Origin: an uncultured Candidatus Saccharibacteria bacterium
Lineage (GTDB): Bacteria > Patescibacteriota > Minisyncoccia > Phycocordibacterales > UBA9973
Assembly: GCA_964646765.1 (NCBI GenBank)
Contig: CAZYIA010000003.1
Coordinates: forward strand, 130,815-194,814
Direction: 5' to 3'
Length of the DNA stretch: 64,000 bases
The notes beneath the pieces were generated by a model. The model ran no database searches. It was not told the DNA's origin and worked only from the letters and a program-made list of their open reading frames with translations. A program made the position numbers and the translations under genes. This document shows, piece after piece, positions 45,687 through 53,777 of the stretch; positions within the stretch are counted from its first letter, which is position 1, and every line of letters starts with the position of its first letter.

Positions 45687-48041
45687 ATGTTTAAAAAGTA
45701 CCGAGTAGTTACCGGAATCGCTATTTTTCTTTCCCTCTATACGGGGGCGTTATGCGCTTTTGCAACTACCTATGTTGCTCCTGGTACCGTGCTTGATCCC
45801 GCTGGTCTTCCTGGTGGTTACACCGTTGGACCTTTTTTGTCATATGGTGGTGCTGTTACCACAGGGCACGATAACGAGGTTCTCTATATGGATGGCAGTG
45901 GTAACTTAGTTAGTGATTCAAATTTTGTTCGGGACGCTTCAACAGGTGAGACGCTCATAAGCCAAGATCAATCAGGCATAACGGCTGGAGTTGGAATGTC
46001 TCAGACACTTTTTGGAGGCTTACCTGCTGTTAGTTTTATTCGTCAGGATAGTAATGGTTCAGCAGTTGCTGGTTTATTTGATACAACTTCACTTGGAGGT
46101 AGCGCGTATACTTTTTATGTACATACTCAGGACTCAATAGTAAACTCGCAGGCTCAATTGTTTACCCTTCCTCACTCAATTGGTGGAGGAGTGGCAAATG
46201 CTACTGGTGAGCAAGGATCTTTTAATATACAAGATGATAGTGCCGCGTTACGTGTAGATAATCAGAATGGCGGTAATAATGATGTTGTTCAACTCGGTGT
46301 GGATTTAGGTACAGGGTTGGGTACTCAGTATGCATATCTTGAATTCAGAGATGTTGCTAAACGCTACCTCGCAAGATTTGGTTCGAATGGTCTTACCCTC
46401 GATTTTGATAACGGGGCAAGTACCCCAGGATTATTTTATTCTTTTCCAGTTACTGATGGGACTAGCGGTCAAGTACTTGCAACTGATGGCTCTGGTCAAA
46501 TTTCATGGGTATCAACTTCTGCAACGATCCAAGGGTATACTTCCGCAATCCCTGCTCTGCTCAATACGGCATTAGGTGTAAATACAGCAGATGTCGGAGT
46601 TGGGTATTCAAATACTTGGATAGGCGCAGGTGCTGGTAGTTCTATGACGGTAAATAACAGCGCGCCGTATTCTCGAAATACATTTGTTGGCGCATTTGCC
46701 GGAAGTAACATAACTACCGGAACTAGTAACGTACTTGTTGGATATCAGTCTGCTTTTTCTACAACTAATGCAGACTATAACGTTCAGATTGGTACTGATA
46801 CTGAACTTTTTGATGGTGCACAAAATACTGTTTCTATTGGTCAGAGTGTGAAAGCTGGTGGTATTACCAATATTCTTATTGGGTATGCTGCAGGAAGTGG
46901 GGGAATTGATAGTTCAAGTGCTCGCAATATTGGTATGGGGTATTCAGCTTTGTCTGCGCTTACCACTGGAAGTGATAACGTTGCTTTAGGTACTGATGCA
47001 GGTGTTGGTGTAACCACAGGTAGCGACAATATTCTCATTGGTAAAAATGCCACCGCAACGGGAGACGGTTCAATTGTTATCGGAAACAATCTCTCAGCTC
47101 CTACAGATAAATTAGTCCTCATTGGTGGTTTATTTGAAGGAGGATATGATCCTGCTGGTTTAAATGGAGTGTATGCGTTCCTTGGAGATCGCTATAATGC
47201 AGGACATGGCACCGTGCTATCGGTTGACGATAAAAACCAAAAGATTAGATTTTACTTTGGCGCTAATAGCTACACATTTCCTTCAGCGGACGGCACTATG
47301 AACTATCTTCTTGCAACTGATGGTTCGGGAAATCTCTTTTGGCAGGATCCAACACTTGTTCCATCAGATCGTACGCTCAAAACAGATGTTGAATCACTTC
47401 AGTATGGTCTCTCAACTATCATGAATCTTAACCCAGTTTCGTATACACTGACTGCAAATAATAAACGCCAAATTGGTTTTATTGCACAGGATGTTGAACC
47501 AATCGTTCCCGAACTTGTCGGTGAGGTTGCTGATGGTAAGAAAGGTTTGGCATACGGACAGCTTACTGCGGTTATTGTGAAGGCAATTCAAGAACTTAAT
47601 ATGAAGGTAGAAAATATTCAGCCGCTTTCAAGTGAACCATCCTCACTTATTGATCAGTTTACTTCCGCTATTCTTCACATTCGTGGTTTAGTTGTTGGGT
47701 CATCAGAGTATCGAACGGGTATTACTCTTTACGATGAAGTAACTGGAGAACCATACTGTCTTTCTGTCGCGGATGGGCAGCCAAAAAGTGTTGCCGGAGA
47801 ATGTGGATCAGGAGTTTCTTCTTCAGGATCTACTTCTAATTCGACAAATAGTGATACTAGCATAGATGATCAAGGCGTATCAGGAAGTACACCTGCTGAT
47901 GACGCTACGACCTCTTCAGATACTTCTTTAGACAGTACAACTACTGTTGTAGATGCTTCAAATAGTTCCTCAAATGGGTCAACAAGTGAGGATAGTACCA
48001 CCCAAGGAGAAACAGCAGATAGTTCTACGGGAACTGAATAA
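45687..48041 (+). CDS. Paralogous secreted fibre-like protein with a Peptidase_S74-like chaperone domain and a Ser/Thr-rich C-terminal tail
   Basis: The N-terminus (TYVAPGTVLDPAGLPGGYTV) is conserved with the upstream gene. SDRTLKTDVESL...QIGFIAQDVEPIVPELV...GLAYGQLTAVIVKAIQELN fits the chaperone consensus, followed by an S/T-rich low-complexity tail. Confidence 0.6.
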   Translation: MFKKYRVVTGIAIFLSLYTGALCAFATTYVAPGTVLDPAGLPGGYTVGPFLSYGGAVTTGHDNEVLYMDGSGNLVSDSNFVRDASTGETLISQDQSGITAGVGMSQTLFGGLPAVSFIRQDSNGSAVAGLFDTTSLGGSAYTFYVHTQDSIVNSQAQLFTLPHSIGGGVANATGEQGSFNIQDDSAALRVDNQNGGNNDVVQLGVDLGTGLGTQYAYLEFRDVAKRYLARFGSNGLTLDFDNGASTPGLFYSFPVTDGTSGQVLATDGSGQISWVSTSATIQGYTSAIPALLNTALGVNTADVGVGYSNTWIGAGAGSSMTVNNSAPYSRNTFVGAFAGSNITTGTSNVLVGYQSAFSTTNADYNVQIGTDTELFDGAQNTVSIGQSVKAGGITNILIGYAAGSGGIDSSSARNIGMGYSALSALTTGSDNVALGTDAGVGVTTGSDNILIGKNATATGDGSIVIGNNLSAPTDKLVLIGGLFEGGYDPAGLNGVYAFLGDRYNAGHGTVLSVDDKNQKIRFYFGANSYTFPSADGTMNYLLATDGSGNLFWQDPTLVPSDRTLKTDVESLQYGLSTIMNLNPVSYTLTANNKRQIGFIAQDVEPIVPELVGEVADGKKGLAYGQLTAVIVKAIQELNMKVENIQPLSSEPSSLIDQFTSAILHIRGLVVGSSEYRTGITLYDEVTGEPYCLSVADGQPKSVAGECGSGVSSSGSTSNSTNSDTSIDDQGVSGSTPADDATTSSDTSLDSTTTVVDASNSSSNGSTSEDSTTQGETADSSTGTE

Positions 48042-48062
48042 AAAACCTTATTTTATAAGCTT

Positions 48063-48087
48063 AAAAACGCCCTTAAGGGCGTTTTTA
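48063..48087 (+). terminator. Rho-independent terminator
   Basis: AAAAACGCCCTTAAGGGCGTTTTTAAGC. Confidence 0.65.
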
Positions 48088-48175
48088 AGCACTAGGAAAC
48101 TAACAAAAAATATGCTAAACTTTTGGAAGTTTAAGGCTTATTCCTTAAGCCTTTATTTTTATAGAATCTATCAAC

Positions 48176-50245
48176 ATGGCAGCCAAAAACGACGAAAAAA
48201 AGGGAAAGTATGGTGCGGAGCAAATTCAAGTTCTTGAAGGGCTTGAACCAGTTCGCAAGCGCCCCGGTATGTACATCGGCTCAACGGGGCCAGATGGTTT
48301 GCACCACCTCATTTGGGAAATCTTCGATAACTCTCGCGATGAAGCGATGGCTGGCCATGCTAACCGCATCGAAGTAACACTGCTTCCAGGTAGCCGCATT
48401 CGTGTTGTAGATAATGGTCGCGGTATTCCAACTGACATTCATCCAAAAACAAAAATTTCTGCTCTCGAGATGGTTATGACCACGCTTCACGCCGGTGGTA
48501 AATTCGGCGGTGATGATTCTGGCTATAAAGTTTCCGGAGGTCTTCACGGTGTGGGTGCGTCAGTGGTAAACGCACTTTCTATTTACACACAAGCAATTGT
48601 GCACCGCGATGGTGGAAAGTTCGTTCAGGAATACTCACAAGGAAAGAAAAAAGCGAACGTAAAGAAAATTGGTTCTTCGAAAGAGCACGGTACTATCACT
48701 ACATTTGAACCTGATCCAGAAATTTTTAAAGAGGGGACTAAGTTTTCTTGGAACACGGTGGTAAATCATTTGCGCCAGCAGGCCTACCTCGTGAAAGGAC
48801 TTCGGATCACCATGATTGATGCGCGCGAAATCGACGCTGACACGCTCTTCAACAAAAAATTCTCTCTCGATGATACGTACTGGTTCGCCGATCTTGGCCT
48901 TGAAGTTCCATCGTACTCATTTTATTTTGAAGGAGGACTTGCTTCTCTCATTCGTTTTTATAACCGTTCTCAAAAACCGGTTCAAGATTCTATTTTCTAC
49001 GTTGAGAAAGAGCAGGATGGCGTGATGGTTGAAATTGCTCTTCAGTATGTTGATGATATCGACACAAAAATAGTGCCGTTTGCGAACAACATCTATAACC
49101 CTGAAGGCGGTACACACGTAACTGGTTTTAAAACTGCGCTTACACGTTTGCTTAATAACTACGGCAAGAAAAATAACTACATCAAAGAATCTGATGGCGG
49201 ATTTACTGGAGATGATGTGCTTGAAGGTCTCACTGCGGTAATTTCCGTAAAACTTCCTGAAATTCAGTTCGAAGGTCAAACTAAAGCGAAACTTGGTTCG
49301 ATGGAAGCTCAAGGTGCAACTGCAACTGTGTTCGGTGACGCTTTCGCAAACTTCCTTGAAGAAAATCCAGAAGACGCTAAAGCAATCGTAAACAAAGCTA
49401 TTCTTGCAGTCCGCGCCCGCAAAGCTGCGAAGGCTGCCAAAGATTCAATTCTTCGTAAAGGAGCGCTTGAAGGTATGACGCTCCCTGGAAAACTAGCCGA
49501 CTGCCAAACAAAAAGTGCCGAAGAAGGTGAACTCTTCATTGTGGAGGGAGATTCTGCAGGTGGTACAGCTAAAACTGGCCGCGATCGCCGCACCCAAGCA
49601 ATTTTGCCGCTTCGAGGAAAAATTTTGAACATTGAGCGTGCTCGTCTCGATCGTATGCTTGCTTCAGAGCAGATCAAAAACTTGGTTATTGCTCTTGGTA
49701 CGGCAATCGGCGATGTGTTTGATATTTCGAAACTTCGCTACCATAAAATTATTATTGCTACAGATGCCGACGTTGACGGTGCTCACATTCGCACACTTAT
49801 TCTGACACTCTTATATCGTTATTTCCGCCCACTCATTGATGGAGGATTTATCTACATTGCTCAGCCACCACTCTATAAAATTAAGAAAGGTAAAGAAATT
49901 TTCTACGCTTATACTGACGAAGAAAAATTTGGCATAACCGGTAACGAGGCGCCAGACATGATTGAAGAAACAGACGAAAGTGCCCAAGAAGGGGAAGAAG
50001 CTAGCGAAGAAGTAAAAGCAAAAGTAGCGAAAATCCATATTCAGCGTTACAAAGGTTTGGGTGAAATGAATGCTGAAGAACTCTGGGAAACTACTATGGA
50101 TCCTGCTCGCCGCGTGATTAAGCGCGTTACTATTGAAGATGCTGCTATGGCGGATAAAATCTTCGACATGCTCATGGGAAGCGACGTTGCTCCTCGCAAA
50201 TCATTCATTCAAACTCACGCCAAAATGGCCGAGATTGATGTCTAG
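48176..50245 (+). CDS. gyrB: DNA gyrase subunit B (type IIA topoisomerase ATPase subunit)
   Basis: A GHKL ATPase N-terminus (GLHHLIWEIFDNSRDEAMAG), TOPRIM EGDSAGG, and a C-terminal tail. There is no adjacent gyrA in the window, so a ParE identity cannot be excluded. Confidence 0.85.
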   Translation: MAAKNDEKKGKYGAEQIQVLEGLEPVRKRPGMYIGSTGPDGLHHLIWEIFDNSRDEAMAGHANRIEVTLLPGSRIRVVDNGRGIPTDIHPKTKISALEMVMTTLHAGGKFGGDDSGYKVSGGLHGVGASVVNALSIYTQAIVHRDGGKFVQEYSQGKKKANVKKIGSSKEHGTITTFEPDPEIFKEGTKFSWNTVVNHLRQQAYLVKGLRITMIDAREIDADTLFNKKFSLDDTYWFADLGLEVPSYSFYFEGGLASLIRFYNRSQKPVQDSIFYVEKEQDGVMVEIALQYVDDIDTKIVPFANNIYNPEGGTHVTGFKTALTRLLNNYGKKNNYIKESDGGFTGDDVLEGLTAVISVKLPEIQFEGQTKAKLGSMEAQGATATVFGDAFANFLEENPEDAKAIVNKAILAVRARKAAKAAKDSILRKGALEGMTLPGKLADCQTKSAEEGELFIVEGDSAGGTAKTGRDRRTQAILPLRGKILNIERARLDRMLASEQIKNLVIALGTAIGDVFDISKLRYHKIIIATDADVDGAHIRTLILTLLYRYFRPLIDGGFIYIAQPPLYKIKKGKEIFYAYTDEEKFGITGNEAPDMIEETDESAQEGEEASEEVKAKVAKIHIQRYKGLGEMNAEELWETTMDPARRVIKRVTIEDAAMADKIFDMLMGSDVAPRKSFIQTHAKMAEIDV

Positions 50246-50261
50246 TCTTTAAAAAGACGCT

Positions 50262-50843
50262 ATGGAAATTAAAAAGCCAAAAGATCTTCAGCCAATACCT
50301 GAGAACGCACAATGTGTTTTCAAAGGAAAGATCTTTGATGTCTATCAATGGGAGCAAGAACTCTACGATGGTACTAAAGCTACGTTTGAGAAGTTAAAAC
50401 GGCCTGATACCGTTGTTGTCTGGCCGGTGCTTCCAAACGGCAATATTCTTTTAACTAAGCAATCGCAGCCAAGCCGAGAAGATTTTATAGATGTACCAAG
50501 TGGCCGAGTAGATGAAGGTGAAGATGTTTTAGAAGCTGCTAAACGTGAACTCTTGGAAGAAACTGGGTATGCATCGGAGAATATGGTTTTCTGGCGCGCA
50601 TTTCAGCCTACGGCAAAAATAGAATGGTTTGTATATCTTTTCATTGCCAAAGACTGCAAAAAAGTAAAAGAGCAAAACCCAGATGTCGGAGAAAAGATAG
50701 AAACCTTCGAAGCTTCTTTCGATGAAATTTTAGAAATTTCACAACAACCTAACTTCAGGGGAACAGAATCCTCTCGAGATTTTCTTGAAGCAAAATATAA
50801 CCCAAAGAAATATCAGGAATTTAAGGATTTGTTTTTGAAATAA
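50262..50843 (+). CDS. Nudix hydrolase
   Basis: Nudix box GRVDEGEDVLEAAKRELLEETGY. Confidence 0.7.
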   Translation: MEIKKPKDLQPIPENAQCVFKGKIFDVYQWEQELYDGTKATFEKLKRPDTVVVWPVLPNGNILLTKQSQPSREDFIDVPSGRVDEGEDVLEAAKRELLEETGYASENMVFWRAFQPTAKIEWFVYLFIAKDCKKVKEQNPDVGEKIETFEASFDEILEISQQPNFRGTESSRDFLEAKYNPKKYQEFKDLFLK

Positions 50844-50847
50844 ATAG

Positions 50848-51408
50848 ATGAAACCAAAACTCGCTATCGTAACTGGCAATCCGCTTAAATTCCGTGAACT
50901 TTCAATTGCCCTCAATGACTTTTTTGAATGTGAGCAAAAGAAACTTTCTGATTACTATGAAATTCAGGGAACACCGGAGGAGATTTTAAAGCATAAGCTC
51001 GAAGCAGCGTACAAAGAGTTTCAAGAACCGGTGCTTGCCGATGATACTTCGGTTCACTTTGACGCGCTTAATGGATTCCCCGGGCCATACATCCGTGACT
51101 TTCTCGCTCACATGAAACCCTGGGAAATGGGAGAAAAGTTCGCCGGTACTCGCATAGAGGTTGCCTGCCGGCTGGGTCTTTGTTTTGCACCGGATGACTT
51201 TGTTTTGGGAACCGGGATTATTTCTGGGAACGTAATCCTCCCAAAAACCAAAGACGATAGGGGAACCGAATTTGATCTCTTTGTTCAAATTGACGGTACC
51301 GATCGTCCGATGATTGATTTTTCACCGGAAGAGAAAAATAAGTTCTCTCATCGTGGGTTAGCACTTAAGGATTTACTTCAAAAAGTTTCTGCTCGATCGC
51401 ACTCCTAA
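50848..51408 (+). CDS. rdgB: Non-canonical purine NTP pyrophosphatase (Ham1/RdgB/ITPase family)
   Basis: N-terminal IVTGNPLKFRE and FDALNGFPGPYIRDF, both Ham1 motifs. Confidence 0.7.
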   Translation: MKPKLAIVTGNPLKFRELSIALNDFFECEQKKLSDYYEIQGTPEEILKHKLEAAYKEFQEPVLADDTSVHFDALNGFPGPYIRDFLAHMKPWEMGEKFAGTRIEVACRLGLCFAPDDFVLGTGIISGNVILPKTKDDRGTEFDLFVQIDGTDRPMIDFSPEEKNKFSHRGLALKDLLQKVSARSHS

Positions 51409-52003
51409 GTTCGTCTACCGTATGCACGAGGGCAATAGATTTTCCTTGCTCCAAGTGCTCGTTTAAATGAAAGCCCCACGAAACCGCGATGGCCGGCATC
51501 TCTACATGCTCAGCTTCTTTTAAGTCTCCCAAGGTATCGGTTACAAAAAGTGCAAGAGGTAAGGACACCTCATATTTTTCGGAGAGCATTTTGAATTTCT
51601 TGATCTTTGATCGTTCAACATCAGAACCAAGAATATCGTCAAAAAAATCTCGCATGCCATGAGTCGTAAGAAAGTGCTCAATATTACTTGTTCGTGTTGA
51701 AGAAACGATTGCCTGGATAATACCGCTTTTAGAAAGTGATGAAAGGAGTTCTTTCATGTTAGGTAAAGGTTCAAGGTTTTTCATCTCCGCTAGGTACCGA
51801 TCCATGAATGCCTCGTCGCTTCCGTTCGTTTTTAAAATAGATTCTTTAACGGTTGGGTGATCATATACATTACCCATAAATAAGGAACGGTATTCTTCAT
51901 GAGTTCGTGCAGGAGCCGGTTCTCCTAGGTTTACTTTAAAACCAACTTCAAAAGAATCGACGATAACACCGTCAAAGTCCCAGATAAGAAGTTTTTTCTG
52001 CAT
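51365..52003 (-). CDS. HAD superfamily hydrolase (beta-phosphoglucomutase/phosphatase-like)
   Basis: N-terminal LIWDFDGVIVDS (DxDG motif I), and later SS/T and K/D motifs. Confidence 0.65.
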   Translation of the reverse strand: MQKKLLIWDFDGVIVDSFEVGFKVNLGEPAPARTHEEYRSLFMGNVYDHPTVKESILKTNGSDEAFMDRYLAEMKNLEPLPNMKELLSSLSKSGIIQAIVSSTRTSNIEHFLTTHGMRDFFDDILGSDVERSKIKKFKMLSEKYEVSLPLALFVTDTLGDLKEAEHVEMPAIAVSWGFHLNEHLEQGKSIALVHTVDELRSAIEQKLFEVNP

Positions 52004-52005
52004 AG

Positions 52006-53745
52006 TTAGTTGAGCGTCTTTTCTTTGATTTCTTTCAAGAGACGGTCAGTGAACGTATCGAGCGTGATACCTTCAATTTTTTCAGTACGGGCTTCTATGG
52101 TAAGAAGACCAGAGTCTTTTTCTTTGTCACCGATAACGATAACGTACGGAGTCTTTTTTGTTTTTGCCTCACGGATGCGCTTGCCCAAGCTGTCGCTACC
52201 AGCATCAAGCACGACGCGAACATCTTTTTCTTTCAGCGCTGCGTACACTTTTTCTGCGTATTCAAGTTGTTTTTCTGACACTGGAACAATTGCCACTTGC
52301 GTAGGTGAGAGCCAAACAGGGAAGTTAGCAGCCAAGTGCTCGATCAAGTTAGACATAAAGCGCTCAATAGAACCCATGATTGCGGCGTGAATCATCACGA
52401 TTTGCTCGCGTTCACCTTTTTCGTTTACGCATACCAAGCCAAAGTTTTTTGGCTGGTTGAAGTCAATCTGGATTGTTGCCACCTGCCATTCGCGGCCGAT
52501 AGAATCCTTTGTCATGAAGTCGATCTTTGGGCCATAAAATGCTGCTTCGCCAACGCCGTCAATCCAGGTAACGCCTTTGGTTTCCATCAACTTTTTGAGA
52601 GCTCCTTCAGCCTTTGCCCAGACTTCATCGCCACCTAAATACTTATCAGGAGTTGCTGGGTCGTGGCGAGAAAAACGAATCTGGAGTTTGAAACCGAAAG
52701 TACTATAAAAGGTTTCGATGATGTCCCAAATTTTGAGGGCTTCTTCTTCAATTTGATTCTCACGACAGAAAACGTGCGCATCGTCTTGGGTGATAGAGAT
52801 AACGCGAGAAAGACCAGAAAGCTCACCTGACTGTTCATCGCGATACACCATTGTGGTTTCAGCGTAACGCTGTGGCATATCTCGGTAGCTACGAAGTTCA
52901 GAATCAAAAATTTGGGTGTGATGCGGACAGTTCATCGGCTTCATTGCAAAAAGATGATCTTCGCGCGTGTGAATCTTAAAAAGATCGTCGGCATACTTTG
53001 CCCAATGGCCAGAAGTTTCGTAGAGCTCTTTTTTAGTGATGTGCGGGATGGTTACTTTCTGGTATCCGCGAGCTTTGCGAAGTTCCCAGACATAGTCGTT
53101 TAAGAGTTCGCGAATCAAAGTTCCTTTTGGTGTCCACAATGGAAGACCTGGACCAACAAGGTCAGAGAATACGAACAAGCCGAGTTCTTTGCCAAGCTTA
53201 CGGTGATCGCGCTTCTTTGCTTCTTCTTGCTGGGTGATATATGCATCAAGATCAGCCTTAGTGTTGAATGCTAAACCGTAAATACGGGTGAGCATTTTGT
53301 TTTTTTCATCGCCACGCCAGTATGCTCCAGCTACGCGTTCAAGTTTAAATGAGTCTGAAGCGATGTCTTTCGCGGGATTTTCAACGTGGCCACCACGACA
53401 GAGATCAGTGAAATTTCCTGAGGTGTAAAAGGTGAGCCCATCATTTTTATATTGCTCGATGATTTCAGTTTTGTACTCGTTACCTTTATATGCTGCGAGT
53501 GCTTCATCTGCCGTTACTTCTTTTCGAGAAAATGAATTCCAAGAGGGTAGAAGTTCGCGCATCTTAGCTTCGATCTTCGGTAAATCTGCATCGGTGATTT
53601 TACCGGAGACATCAACGTCATAGTAAAAGCCGTTATCAACTGCTGGACCGAGCGTAAGTTTCGATCCAGGGTAGAGTCCGAGTATTGAAGCGCCCAAAAG
53701 GTGGGCAAGAGTATGCCGTTTTTCGGCGAGGTTTTCTGAAGCCAT
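52006..53745 (-). CDS. thrS: Threonyl-tRNA synthetase (lacks the N-terminal TGS domain)
   Basis: RDHRKLGKELGLF, the class II motifs, and a C-terminal anticodon-binding domain. At 579 aa it is shorter than canonical ThrRS. Confidence 0.85.
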   Translation of the reverse strand: MASENLAEKRHTLAHLLGASILGLYPGSKLTLGPAVDNGFYYDVDVSGKITDADLPKIEAKMRELLPSWNSFSRKEVTADEALAAYKGNEYKTEIIEQYKNDGLTFYTSGNFTDLCRGGHVENPAKDIASDSFKLERVAGAYWRGDEKNKMLTRIYGLAFNTKADLDAYITQQEEAKKRDHRKLGKELGLFVFSDLVGPGLPLWTPKGTLIRELLNDYVWELRKARGYQKVTIPHITKKELYETSGHWAKYADDLFKIHTREDHLFAMKPMNCPHHTQIFDSELRSYRDMPQRYAETTMVYRDEQSGELSGLSRVISITQDDAHVFCRENQIEEEALKIWDIIETFYSTFGFKLQIRFSRHDPATPDKYLGGDEVWAKAEGALKKLMETKGVTWIDGVGEAAFYGPKIDFMTKDSIGREWQVATIQIDFNQPKNFGLVCVNEKGEREQIVMIHAAIMGSIERFMSNLIEHLAANFPVWLSPTQVAIVPVSEKQLEYAEKVYAALKEKDVRVVLDAGSDSLGKRIREAKTKKTPYVIVIGDKEKDSGLLTIEARTEKIEGITLDTFTDRLLKEIKEKTLN

Positions 53746-53777
53746 ATTTGGCTACTTTAGCACAGGAAGCCTTATTG

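Noticed and set aside
43643-48041. Interpretation of the tail-fibre-like genes as a prophage remnant
   Set aside because: No integrase, terminase, capsid or baseplate genes are present and no att-like repeats were seen. The flanks are core genes (pheT, gyrB), and the N-terminal hydrophobic anchors suggest cellular surface proteins.
51365-51408. 44-nt overlap between the rdgB 3' end (+) and the HAD hydrolase 3' end (-)
   Set aside because: This is a convergent 3'-3' overlap, which is common in compact genomes. It is not evidence of anything unusual without transcript data.
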